DNA of 64,000 bases. Origin: an uncultured Acidobacteriota bacterium (lineage in GTDB: Bacteria > Acidobacteriota > Thermoanaerobaculia > Multivoradales > UBA5704). The position numbers and the translations under genes were made by a program. Location of the stretch: the NCBI GenBank assembly GCA_963770895.1, contig CAVYRF010000002.1:5600001-5664000 (forward strand), written 5' to 3'. Shown one piece after another: positions 39,207 to 48,412 of this stretch (the first letter of the stretch is position 1; each line of letters begins with the position of its first letter). The notes below the pieces were generated by a model. It ran no database searches and was not told the origin of the DNA. It saw only the letters and a program-made list of their open reading frames with translations.

Positions 39207-39446
39207 CCAAGCTTAGCAGATCGCCGCTGGCCAGCCCTTGCCCCACAGGCTGCCCAAGTACTGAATCCTCCATGACCCCTCGGGCGCACCACGCCGCGGC
39301 TGTCAAGCCGCAGTACTGCCCGCACCACCCCGAGCGCGCCATCCAGTGCCCGACTGGAGCTCAACCTTGGTAGCGGCGAGTCGCGTCGGTGCGCAGCCGC
39401 AGCGCGCAGAACGGCGACTCGACTGGACGGGGGGGCGGTCGGACGC

Positions 39447-39475
39447 TTGACACCCCCCCGATGCGCACCTACGAT
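39447..39475 (+). promoter_or_regulatory. Sigma70-type promoter upstream of tRNA-Leu
   Basis: TTGACA (39447-39452), 17-bp spacer, TACGAT (39470-39475); 27 bp before the tRNA. Confidence 0.7.
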
Positions 39476-39502
39476 CTCATCCCTGGCTTGTCCTCCCTCG
39501 TA

Positions 39503-39588
39503 GCCGAAGTGGCGGAATGGCAGACGCAGAGGACTCAAAATCCTCCGCTCGCAAGGGCGTGCGGGTTCGACTCCCGCCTTCGGCACCA
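39503..39588 (+). tRNA. tRNA-Leu (anticodon CAA)
   Basis: Acceptor stem GCCGAAG/CTTCGGC followed by ACCA; D arm GGCGGAATGGCAGACGC; anticodon arm GAGGA-CTCAAAA-TCCTC; long variable arm; GGTTCGACTCC T loop. Confidence 0.97.
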
Positions 39589-39800
39589 TTTAGAATCAGT
39601 ACTTTACGTTTCTTCTTCCTGCTGTCCCGCTCTCCAGATGTCCTGATTTGCTGCAGATTTGATGCAGCATCCGGCCGAAATCGGCCTCAAGGCCCCCACA
39701 CACGGAGGGGCGGCACGTGCCGCCCCAAGTTCCAACCAGACGGCCCCGGCGAGAGTGACTGGCTCGCGCCGGAGCCTGACCCGACACGGGAGACTTCCCC

Positions 39801-40160
39801 ATGCCGAGCTTTGCAGATAGTACCCCTGCCTCTCCCTGGAACGAAGGCGACTCGTTCCGCGAGACCACGCTGGTCTACATCGACCCGGAGCACCGCGAAG
39901 CGCTCCGCCAGGTCGGCCACCTGATATACGACCTGGCCGTCGAGACGACCAGCTTTCCCGGTGACGAGTCGATCACTCGCGCCGAGCTGCGCGCCGCCTT
40001 AGCCGAGCTGCGCTATTTGGAGGGCTTTTTCGACATGATGCGCCGGTCGGCTAACCAATCGTCCCTTGCGCCCTCGGATGACCGCCTCGCCTACTTTGCC
40101 GGCAGGCTCGGCCGCAAGGTGGGCGCGCTAGCGGGATCGATCGAGGGGCGGCTGTCATGA
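39801..40160 (+). CDS. Hypothetical helical protein, coupled to the XRE gene
   Basis: 119-aa ORF with GGAG upstream and an ATGA overlap with the next gene. Confidence 0.7.
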   Translation: MPSFADSTPASPWNEGDSFRETTLVYIDPEHREALRQVGHLIYDLAVETTSFPGDESITRAELRAALAELRYLEGFFDMMRRSANQSSLAPSDDRLAYFAGRLGRKVGALAGSIEGRLS

Positions 40161-40663
40161 CCGCTCAGCCAGAGACATCGCGGCGGCGGAAGCGAGACCC
40201 TAAGGAGTCGAACCTTGTCGGAATGGCAATCTTGAGGCTCCGCAGGGAAGCGGGCATGACCTTGCGCCAGGTATCCGCAGAGTCAGGACGCAACATATCG
40301 GCCCTTTGCCGATATGAAAACGGTCATACGCTTCCGCATGCCACCACCCTCCGGAGTGTCGTCGCGGCAATGGGAGTGACCATGACGGATCTGTACCGCG
40401 CCCAACAGCCAGCGAGCGAATATGGAGGGACGGGGGAAGACGGCACTCTGCCACCAGACACCAGGAGACCGGCTCCGACCCTGCACAAAGCAGCTGTCCG
40501 GCTTGCGCAGGAGTGCGGCAAGGCAGTGGCCCATTGCTGCCTTGCCTTTCTGGAGCTACAGAGCGGCGCCCGGCGGGACGGAGATGCGCCTGTTGTCACC
40601 ACGCGCCACGCCAGTAAGGGGAACAGTGCGATGAGTCCTGACCTAATCGAAGAGGAAAGCTAG
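40157..40663 (+). CDS. XRE-family helix-turn-helix regulator
   Basis: AILRLRREAGMTLRQVSAESG...SALCRYENGHTLP is a Cro/C1 HTH pattern. Confidence 0.85.
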   Translation: MTAQPETSRRRKRDPKESNLVGMAILRLRREAGMTLRQVSAESGRNISALCRYENGHTLPHATTLRSVVAAMGVTMTDLYRAQQPASEYGGTGEDGTLPPDTRRPAPTLHKAAVRLAQECGKAVAHCCLAFLELQSGARRDGDAPVVTTRHASKGNSAMSPDLIEEES

Positions 40664-40693
40664 GGCGATTATGCCTCTGTTGACACCGAAGGA

Positions 40694-40918
40694 TTAAAGG
40701 CCAAGGCTCTTGAGGAGCCGCTTTCGGTGCCACTCCGGGTCGGGCGGCTCGGTCACTTTGACCACAAGCCGCTCGTGCTCGACGGTGACGAGGACGCGGC
40801 ACCCCGCCAGGAATCCGGCGTCCCCAAGCCAGTTGCCCATGAGGTGGAGCGTCGGGACCACCGCGCCCGCCGGGCGGTGGAAGTTCAACACGGTAAGCCG
40901 TCGCGGCTTGTAGGCCAT
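40694..40918 (-). CDS. symE: SymE-family type I toxin
   Basis: VPTLHLMGNWLGDAGFLAGCRVLVTVEHERLVV matches the SymE pattern PxLxLxGxWLxxAGFxxGxxVxVxV. Confidence 0.8.
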   Translation of the reverse strand: MAYKPRRLTVLNFHRPAGAVVPTLHLMGNWLGDAGFLAGCRVLVTVEHERLVVKVTEPPDPEWHRKRLLKSLGL

Positions 40919-41086
40919 CGCGTTCCCTCGCTGGTAGCCCTGCTGTGGGGGTTGGGACTACTCGTGGCGGCAAGTTGCCCGGCCGCCACGATCCCTGTCG
41001 GCATCCCTGCGGTCACGTTCCCCGTTGGCGGCGCCGCCCCCCCTCTTACTTCGTTGTTCCGGGACGATCCCGGCACCAACCACGCG

Positions 41087-41386
41087 TCAGTGCCACTCAC
41101 GCCCCTGTTTGTCCTTCCTCCAACTCCTTGCCAGCTCGCGGGCCGTGAGGCAGGCCGCGCCCTGGAGCGATTCGATGACGCGCCGCATCAAGTCCTCCGC
41201 AACGCACTCAATGCGACCCGAGATCTCCGTTGCCAGGTCGGGAGCGATGTCCCCGGCCAGCATGGCGTCCAGGTCGGCGGGGACGGGCAACCCGCGGTTG
41301 ATGGCCTCCAACCGCTCTTGCATCCTCAGCAGCTCGAAGACGACATCCCCGAGGGCGGCTTGCGCCCTGCCTACCTCGTCCGTCAT
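41087..41386 (-). CDS. Hypothetical protein
   Basis: 99-aa helical ORF; GGAGG about 10 nt upstream of the start. Confidence 0.65.
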   Translation of the reverse strand: MTDEVGRAQAALGDVVFELLRMQERLEAINRGLPVPADLDAMLAGDIAPDLATEISGRIECVAEDLMRRVIESLQGAACLTARELARSWRKDKQGREWH

Positions 41387-41474
41387 GGTGGCGGCGACCT
41401 CCTCCAGGGGCGGTACTATCGCAGAAGTCTGGAAGGCTGTAAAGCAGTCACGCAGGAAGTCCTACCCTACGGCT

Positions 41475-41666
41475 ATGGCAGCGAGAGACAGCGGGGAGAA
41501 GGCCCGGCAGGAGAAGGCGGGGATCACGGAGGGCGGCGTGAAGCTCACGATCTGGTTTCACGCGGACGAAGCAGAGGCGCTGCGCCTGAAGGCGTTCAAG
41601 GAGCGGCGATCGCAGTCAGCGATCGTGAGGGAGGCGCTGCGGCGGCGGCTGGGGATCGAGGATTAG
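41475..41666 (+). CDS. Ribbon-helix-helix (CopG-like) protein
   Basis: VKLTIWFHADEAEALRLKAFKERRSQSAIVREALRRRL: a beta strand followed by two helices. Confidence 0.75.
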   Translation: MAARDSGEKARQEKAGITEGGVKLTIWFHADEAEALRLKAFKERRSQSAIVREALRRRLGIED

Positions 41667-41691
41667 GGTTCTATCGGGAGGGCTTTCGAGA

Positions 41692-43080
41692 TTGGCAGAG
41701 GTTAAAATCCTCCGACGATTGCTCCACTACTTTGAGCAGTATGTCTTCGACAAAGCGTGGGATTGGCTTGTTCAACGCCCCATGCTCTCGGGCTTGGGAA
41801 CCGTGTTAGTTGGCCTCATTACCTATGTTGTAGGTAGTATTCGCGGCGCCGACCGTGGATGGCTAGGACTCGGTATTGGTATCTTTATAACTTTGGCATT
41901 GCTGTCAATCGCTGCGGGAATCGGAAATCTTCGGGCCAAGCGTGATGCTGCGCCGACGGGCAGACCCGTAACTCCGCAGCCAGAACCACCTTACGCGACA
42001 CCTGCTGCGCCGACTGAGATAGACAGTGGCGAGCAAGCTAGAATTGACCGAGATCGCCCGAGCATTGATCGCTTCCGGGAAGGACACAACAGAGTTGGCG
42101 GGGCAGTGATCTTCGCCTATCAAGAGGCGGTTCCTGGGTTGCTCCTCGGCCCGTCGGATGGCAACTTGGCATATACGTTGCTCTACAACAGCCTTTTTCG
42201 GGACCGTCTTGTGCCCTCATGCAAGAACGCCTGGGAAAGAATAGAAAGCGACATCGGCGAGCCCCCAGCCCCGCTGGCGACTTTGATTACAGACCTTCAT
42301 GATCTTCTTGGAGCTTATGCAGTGCTCGTGGGTCACATCGAACGAGGCGGCAGGGCCATTTTAGGGCTACGCGATTTTTACGAATCTGAATACTACGCAG
42401 AGCTTCGCAGAAGGCATCGGGAATGCCTTATGGAGCTTCAACGGGTGATCCAAACGTCGGGGTTTCGCGAGCTTTACAACAGCCTCGGACCGCTTGGCGA
42501 TCTGCTGTTGGTGGAGCCATCTCCCGTAGGCCCGCGAATCACCTTAAATGGGGGGGGCGCATTTAATGTAAAGCGAGTCACTTGGCACCCAACAAACGGA
42601 GCCATGTTTGACACAGACGTACTCAGCGTAAGACTCTGGAATGACCCTAGAAGCCGTGAGGATACTGCTGCCGCAACTGGCTTAACTGTCGAGTGCACGT
42701 GCCAGGGGCCTAATCTTGATCTGCCTTGGCTCCACACTCGGCTTGACTATCCCATTCAATCGATTCAAATGGCTCGGGGAGAGTTGCCGACGCTTATCTA
42801 CGATTTCGGAGTGGGCGAGTGGAAAATGTTCAACTTGATCATTAAGGAGCCAGAGTCAAGCGATTGCTGTTTGTATAACAATGACAGCTTCCAGCACCCG
42901 CGTGTTCAGAATCCGGCATGGAGAATCGGCCCAGGCGCGTACAAGGTTATCGTTCGGGTAACCGGAGTAAGAGTGAGAGAGCAGTTTGAGTGTGGTTTCC
43001 AAAACCCAGGTCAGGGTTGCCCACTTGTGGTGAAGTCTTTTAGGCAGTTTTCTCTGGAGGAAATCTTAGCGGCCACCTAA
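41692..43080 (+). CDS. Hypothetical membrane-anchored protein (transposon cargo)
   Basis: 462-aa ORF in lower-GC DNA with two N-terminal hydrophobic helices; GGAGG upstream of the TTG start. Confidence 0.7.
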   Translation: MAEVKILRRLLHYFEQYVFDKAWDWLVQRPMLSGLGTVLVGLITYVVGSIRGADRGWLGLGIGIFITLALLSIAAGIGNLRAKRDAAPTGRPVTPQPEPPYATPAAPTEIDSGEQARIDRDRPSIDRFREGHNRVGGAVIFAYQEAVPGLLLGPSDGNLAYTLLYNSLFRDRLVPSCKNAWERIESDIGEPPAPLATLITDLHDLLGAYAVLVGHIERGGRAILGLRDFYESEYYAELRRRHRECLMELQRVIQTSGFRELYNSLGPLGDLLLVEPSPVGPRITLNGGGAFNVKRVTWHPTNGAMFDTDVLSVRLWNDPRSREDTAAATGLTVECTCQGPNLDLPWLHTRLDYPIQSIQMARGELPTLIYDFGVGEWKMFNLIIKEPESSDCCLYNNDSFQHPRVQNPAWRIGPGAYKVIVRVTGVRVREQFECGFQNPGQGCPLVVKSFRQFSLEEILAAT

Positions 43081-43290
43081 ACCGGACGCGCAGGCAAGTG
43101 AAATGCGAATCATTGCCTTAAGGTTCTTCCGGCTCGCCTCGCTCTTTCGCCTCGCTCCCCTTTGAGGACGGCTTTACAGATAGCAATGCCTTCATCGCTT
43201 CATCAAAGCTCAGCGGATGCAGGCTCACCGGGCCGGCTCTTTTCTTCCTCTTACGAGGAGCAGCCGGCTTCTTCGGGGAACCGGCGCCCG

Positions 43291-44181
43291 TCACGATCCC
43301 GCCACAACCGCCGAGAAGATGTCATCGTTCTTCCGGTTGTTGTGCCGGAACGAGAACTCGTTGAGGTAGAGCGGCAGGTAGGTCTTGGAGACGTGGTGGA
43401 AGCTCCCCATGATGCCCCGCTTGATCAGCGACCAAAAGCTGTCGATCGTGCAGGTGTGGACCTCGCCGCGGACGTACTCGCCGGCCGAGTGGTTCACGAA
43501 GTCGTGAGGGCGCTTCCGGCCGAGCCGCTTGTAGGTCTGAAGCTCATCCGTCGCGACCAGGGAGACGCGATCGGAAACCGTCCGGTCTACGAAGCCCTCC
43601 AGGGTGGCGGCGTCGGTCGCCTCGATCATCTGGCAGACGACATTCCCCTTGCGCGAGATGGCGCCGATGACGCCCACCTTGCCGGCGGGGCCGCGCCCGC
43701 CCTGGCCCTTCTTGCTCCCGCCGCCAACGCCGCCGCCGTGCCGGTTCTTGGCCTTGCCGCCGACGTAGGTTTCATCGACCTCGACAACACCGATGAGCAG
43801 CTTGAAGTCGGGGTCTTGCATGGCGGCCCGGATGCGGTGGCACATGTACCAGGCGGTGCGGTACGCGCCCATGCCGATGTGCCGCTGCACCTGCAAGGCG
43901 CTCATCCCCTTCTTCGCCTGGCACATGATCAAGATCACCTGGAACCACTCGCGCAGCGGGCACTTGGTGTTCTCGAAGATGGTGCCGGTCAGCGGCGAGA
44001 ACCGGTAGCCGTTCGGCGCGCACTTCTTGCACTGCCACTTGAAGGGCTGCTTCAGGGCGTAGACGTGATCGTTGCCGCACCGGGGGCAGGTCACCCCGGC
44101 CGACCAGCGCATCTGGACGATGTAGGCGAGGCAGTCTTCCTGCGTTCTGAAGCGCTCTTGAATCTGCCGGATGGTGAACAT
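43291..44181 (-). CDS. IS1595-family (ISXO2-like) transposase
   Basis: Zn ribbon CPRC...CKKC, TGTIFE, AWYMCHRIR, VEVDETYVGG, TDE, VNHS, YLNEFSFRHN. Confidence 0.93.
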   Translation of the reverse strand: MFTIRQIQERFRTQEDCLAYIVQMRWSAGVTCPRCGNDHVYALKQPFKWQCKKCAPNGYRFSPLTGTIFENTKCPLREWFQVILIMCQAKKGMSALQVQRHIGMGAYRTAWYMCHRIRAAMQDPDFKLLIGVVEVDETYVGGKAKNRHGGGVGGGSKKGQGGRGPAGKVGVIGAISRKGNVVCQMIEATDAATLEGFVDRTVSDRVSLVATDELQTYKRLGRKRPHDFVNHSAGEYVRGEVHTCTIDSFWSLIKRGIMGSFHHVSKTYLPLYLNEFSFRHNNRKNDDIFSAVVAGS

Positions 44182-44385
44182 GAGCCAAGTGTACGCCGGC
44201 CCGGCTTCGGTGTCAACAGGTTCATTAAAATGTCTAGCGAGGCTAGGCTATGTTGGCCGCGCTTGGCGGCCTGGTAAGGACTGGCACGTATGCGCGTCTG
44301 TTGGCGGGCAGGCGGGACTCTACGCGGCAACCCGCCCCCACAGACAATGATATTATGATGGGCTTAAGGGAGCGGAGGGTACTGA

Positions 44386-44694
44386 GTGCCAGACGCGACG
44401 GGCCAGCAGAATGCCAGCGGTCAAGCCTTGCTTGTTGTAGAGATCTGGCGAGATGTGCGGCCGTATCTCCGAGCCGCAATTTCTGACCTACTCGTGGCTG
44501 TTATCCTCTGGGGTGGTCTTTGGATATTCAAGCGGGTGACCTCGCTGACCCCCCTCGACGGCTGGCTTGGGAAGTACCTTGAGGGTATCCACTCGATCGC
44601 CGCGCTTCTTGGCTTCTCTGTGTACTCAGGACTGTTCGCATGGGATATCATCGTAATTCGAATTGAAAAAACAAGCCGGGGAAAGAAGACATGA
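44386..44694 (+). CDS. Small two-TM hypothetical protein
   Basis: Two hydrophobic segments; GGAGG upstream; ATGA overlap with the next gene. Confidence 0.6.
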   Translation: MPDATGQQNASGQALLVVEIWRDVRPYLRAAISDLLVAVILWGGLWIFKRVTSLTPLDGWLGKYLEGIHSIAALLGFSVYSGLFAWDIIVIRIEKTSRGKKT

Positions 44695-45614
44695 CGCTGC
44701 ATCTTTTCTCAACTCGTACGGGCCGCGAGCTGGCCGAGAAGGGGCTTGTCGCGGGTTTCTTCTACGTTCTTGCTCTGCTCATTTCAACAGTACTAGTTCT
44801 GAATGGGCTCTCGGCGCCCATTGTGGGAGCAACCTGTGCGGGAGCTGTTGCTGTCGCTATTCCGCTCGCAATGTGGTGGAGATACCATCTAACGACAAGA
44901 AGAAAGCCATGTCCGTCGCCGAAGCAAGAAGCCATTCACCAAGCTAACAGTTCGGTTCACCAGGCGCACTCGGCTGGCCTCGGGATGGCTAGTAGCCAGC
45001 TTGTTGGCAACGAGGTGAGAGCCGTGGAGCCGGAACCTCTCAGTACAGATCAGCGTCTCGTTGTTGTTTTTGCAAGTATGGCTGACCGTAACTTCTCGCG
45101 TGTCCAACTTGACCGTGAGATTCGGTTGGTAGACCAGGCCATCGCTTCAGCTTCGCCTGCATATAGATGCGAGTTCCATCTCGAACGGCTAACGAAAGTA
45201 TCGCAGTTGGAAGCTCGCCTCTTGCAGACGAGACCTCATGTCCTTCACTTCTATGGTCACGGCCAAAGGGGGGAGGAAATGGTTAGGGCGCGCCGGCGGT
45301 TTTTTGCTTTTAACCCAGGGCTTCGCTGTGTAGTTCTTGTCCCTTCCCATTCTACCCTTGAAGTCGGCGCGATTGCTGAACAAGTTGACTGCATTATCAG
45401 GTTTTCGGCGGAAGCAAATGACCTAGAGGTGCGGAGCTTTAGTGCTGCGTTTTATCGGGACCTTGCATCAGGAGGCAGTGTGTGGGATGCATTCGAGCTG
45501 GCGCGAGCCAACATAAAGGGACGCGCAGGCAGAAACTTTCCTCGCCTTCTCGCTCCGCGATGCGATCCGGCTTCAATTGTCTTCGTCGCGCCGCCTCACA
45601 AGCATCGGCATTAG
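44691..45614 (+). CDS. Two-TM protein with C-terminal CHAT (caspase-like) domain, probably catalytically degenerate
   Basis: LDREIRLV, RPHVLHFYGHG and FSAAFYRDLASGGSVWDAF fit CHAT. The usual VVLNAC reads VVLVPS. Confidence 0.72.
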   Translation: MTLHLFSTRTGRELAEKGLVAGFFYVLALLISTVLVLNGLSAPIVGATCAGAVAVAIPLAMWWRYHLTTRRKPCPSPKQEAIHQANSSVHQAHSAGLGMASSQLVGNEVRAVEPEPLSTDQRLVVVFASMADRNFSRVQLDREIRLVDQAIASASPAYRCEFHLERLTKVSQLEARLLQTRPHVLHFYGHGQRGEEMVRARRRFFAFNPGLRCVVLVPSHSTLEVGAIAEQVDCIIRFSAEANDLEVRSFSAAFYRDLASGGSVWDAFELARANIKGRAGRNFPRLLAPRCDPASIVFVAPPHKHRH

Positions 45615-45721
45615 CTTGTCTGCAAAATTCGGGCCTCTGGCCGGTGAACTTTGAGTGAGATGGATGTGCATAGGGGTACGGGCGACTAGCGGTGTCAACA
45701 GAGGCATAATCGCCAAAGCTA

Positions 45722-46887
45722 GTGTAGTGCGCCCTAATTAGGAATCCTTATATGCGGTTCGTACGTATCGTCCTGTGGGAGGATTGGGACGATGCGGATC
45801 GCACCGTTGGTTCTGGTTTCGCCGGAGGAAAGGCGGCAGTTGGAGGCCTATGCCCGAGGCCGCAGCACGCCGACGCGTCTGGTGCAGCGCGCGAAGATCG
45901 TCTTGCTGGCCGCCGAGGGCAAGGAGAATCGGGAAATTGCCGAAAGTCTTGGCATCATGCGGCATACCGTCGGACGTTGGCGGAGCCGCTTTTGCCAGTT
46001 CGGCCTGAGCGGGATCGAGAAAGACGCGCATCGAAGTGGGCGCCTGCCGAGCCTGTCCCAGGGCTTGCTACGGAAGATCGTGCGCAAGACAACGCAAGAG
46101 ACGCCGCAGGACGGCACTCATTGGAGCACGCGGAGCATGGCCGAGGCGGTCGGGGTCAGCGCCTCGACGGTGCGCCGGGTCTGGCAGCGGCACGGCCTCA
46201 AGCCTCATCGGGTGCGGACCTTCAAGCTGAGCAACGATCGACGCTTTGTCGAGAAAATGGAAGATGTCATCGCGCTCTATCTCAACCCGCCAGAGCACGC
46301 CCTCGTCTTGTGTGCCGATGAGAAGAGCCAGATCCAGGCTCTTGATCGGACTCAACCCGGCCTGCCGATGAAGAAGGGCCGCTGCGGCACGATGACGCAC
46401 GACTACAAGCGCAATGGCACCACGACGTTATTCGCGGCCTTGAGTACGCTGGACGGTAAAGTCATCGGTAGCTGCATGCCGAGGCACCGCCACCAGGAGT
46501 GGTTGAAGTTCCTCAAACAAATCGATCGGGAGACACCCGCAGCCAAGCAAATCCACCTGATCGCCGACAACTATGGCACCCACAAGCACGCGGTCGTTCT
46601 ACGCTGGATCGCTCGGCATCCGCGATTTCACCTTCATTTCACTCCGACCAGTGCCTCCTGGCTCAACATGGTCGAACGCTTCTTCCGACACCTGACCGAG
46701 AAGCAAATTTCCCGTGGAGTGTTCCGCAGTGTCGACCAGCTCGAATCCGCGATTCTGGGGGCGATCGAGCGGCACAACTCTGATCCTAAACCCTACATCT
46801 GGACGGCTAAGGCTGCTGACATCCTCGAAAAGGTCAAGAGAGCACGTCTCAGACTGAATAAGGTCCCATCTGTGTGACGCACTACAC
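45722..46887 (+). mobile_element. IS630-family insertion sequence (~1166 bp)
   Basis: Ends ctagtgtagtgcg (45719-45731) and cgcactacactag (46878-46890) are inverted; flanking TA within CTAG is typical of IS630. Confidence 0.9.
45792..46877 (+). CDS. IS630-family transposase
   Basis: [55 protein letters not shown]. Confidence 0.96.
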   Translation: MRIAPLVLVSPEERRQLEAYARGRSTPTRLVQRAKIVLLAAEGKENREIAESLGIMRHTVGRWRSRFCQFGLSGIEKDAHRSGRLPSLSQGLLRKIVRKTTQETPQDGTHWSTRSMAEAVGVSASTVRRVWQRHGLKPHRVRTFKLSNDRRFVEKMEDVIALYLNPPEHALVLCADEKSQIQALDRTQPGLPMKKGRCGTMTHDYKRNGTTTLFAALSTLDGKVIGSCMPRHRHQEWLKFLKQIDRETPAAKQIHLIADNYGTHKHAVVLRWIARHPRFHLHFTPTSASWLNMVERFFRHLTEKQISRGVFRSVDQLESAILGAIERHNSDPKPYIWTAKAADILEKVKRARLRLNKVPSV

Positions 46888-47350
46888 TAGACATCGCCCC
46901 CTTCGATACGGTGATTGTGGCGGTCGGCAGAAGGACCGCCCGCCCGCCTCTCCTCTAATCCCTCAACTGCGCAGAAGCGCCCACAGCCGGCAATCTCACC
47001 TGGCGCCGTAATTCGAGCGGCAAGGTCGGTCAAATCGCCGCCCGAATCGCGCCCGGAGCTGATCTCTTCACAAGGGAGGCCCGACGACACCCCCTACCCC
47101 GCACGAACAGGTTTGCAGGCCAAGCGCATAGCGGAACGTCTGAGATGACGGCGCGGCGGAGCCGCCCATTCGAATCCAGCCATCAGACCTTGCGCATGCC
47201 TTGCTAATTCCTCATGCGCCCGGAGCCATGAACGCATGGGCTTGTAGCAAAGGAGAGCAGGGGATAGGCTGAGATCAGGAAAGAGGGGACTGCTTTTACA
47301 GTGACAGCTGGCTGCGGCGACATCATCATCATCCTGGCGGAAGGTAAACA

Positions 47351-48067
47351 ATGCTGAGGCGATTGCTCCCGATCGGGCTTGCGATGCTCGCGGTGTTCCA
47401 CGCGACCAGTTGGGCACACAGCAGTAACGGCCATGGGGGTAGCGGCCATGGTGGTAGCAGCAGCACCTCGCAACCCAGCAGTACCAAAAGTGCGGACGAT
47501 TCTGGAAGCAAGACCGTTTATGTCCATGGGTATGTTCGCAAGGATGGCACGTACGTACGTCCCTACTACCGCGCAGCGCCGTATGACGGCTTAGCCCTTA
47601 ACTCCTCCAGCCGCCACGGTGGCGATCTTGAAATCATCCCGCGCTCCGCGGAGCCGAGCATTGCTGGGTACGCTACTGCAAGGCTTTTGGACGGCACCAC
47701 AATTGCGATGCGCGGTCTTCCCTCAATCCGCGGTCGGATGTTCGCCTTCACTGATGACAACGGGCGCTATGTGTCGCTGCCGCTCCGGGAGGTCGCATGG
47801 ACAGATAGCGGCACCCGCCACGACTGTATTACCTGTGCGCGGGATGCCGATGGCCACATCGTGCATAGCAAGGCTGCGGAGACAGCCTTCGAGCGCCTGC
47901 ATCCCTGCCCTGTTGCTTCGGTGGGGAACTCCTGTCCAGGCTATGTGATCGACCACATCACGCCCCTGGCATGTGGAGGCGAGGACACCAACAATAATAT
48001 GCAGTGGCAAACGGTTGCCGAGGGCAAAGCAAAGGATGAATGGGAGAGGAAGGCTTGCGGCCGATAA
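47351..48067 (+). CDS. Secreted protein with C-terminal HNH endonuclease-like domain
   Basis: Signal peptide, G/S/H linker, VYVHGYVRKDGTYVRPYYR, then CPGYVIDHITPLACGGED...NMQWQT. Confidence 0.8.
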   Translation: MLRRLLPIGLAMLAVFHATSWAHSSNGHGGSGHGGSSSTSQPSSTKSADDSGSKTVYVHGYVRKDGTYVRPYYRAAPYDGLALNSSSRHGGDLEIIPRSAEPSIAGYATARLLDGTTIAMRGLPSIRGRMFAFTDDNGRYVSLPLREVAWTDSGTRHDCITCARDADGHIVHSKAAETAFERLHPCPVASVGNSCPGYVIDHITPLACGGEDTNNNMQWQTVAEGKAKDEWERKACGR

Positions 48068-48412
48068 CCTAGCTCAGCCAACGAGCGGACTAACCTTTTC
48101 GTCCGGGCGCGAGAGCGATTAGGTCCGGCGGCGAGCCGTCAGGAGATCCGCTAAGTACCAGTTGGACTCAACAGCTTCGTCGTAGGTTGCCGCATCCACC
48201 ACTTGCTGTCGCCATCAATAGATGCTGTGCGATAGCGCATCCAGCTTGCCACTGACCTCCTATTGCAATTTCGGCAAGCCTATCCTTGGACATGTGAAGA
48301 CGCTCTCGGCCGGCTACGGATTGCTTCGTCTCCGATGGTGGCCTTGAGGGGCAGCGCCACGCTGCTCCCCTCGAAATCCTTCAGGATTAAGCGCAGCCGA
48401 TGGAGATCAAGA

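Larger units (their letters stand above)
40664..45714. mobile_element. IS1595-family cargo-carrying transposon, 5051 bp
   Basis: Perfect 25-bp inverted repeats ggcgattatgcctctgttgacaccg (40664-40688 and 45690-45714); 8-bp duplication AAAGCTAG (40656-40663 and 45715-45722); IS1595 transposase inside. Confidence 0.93.

Noticed and set aside
43430-43465. IS1595 transposase reads HTCTIDSFW where HTNTIExFW is common, suggesting inactivation
   Set aside because: Catalytic residue choice varies across IS1595 subgroups, and the perfect IRs and TSD suggest recent movement. It cannot be called without an alignment.
43162-44277. 371-aa plus-strand ORF
   Set aside because: Antisense shadow of the IS1595 transposase.
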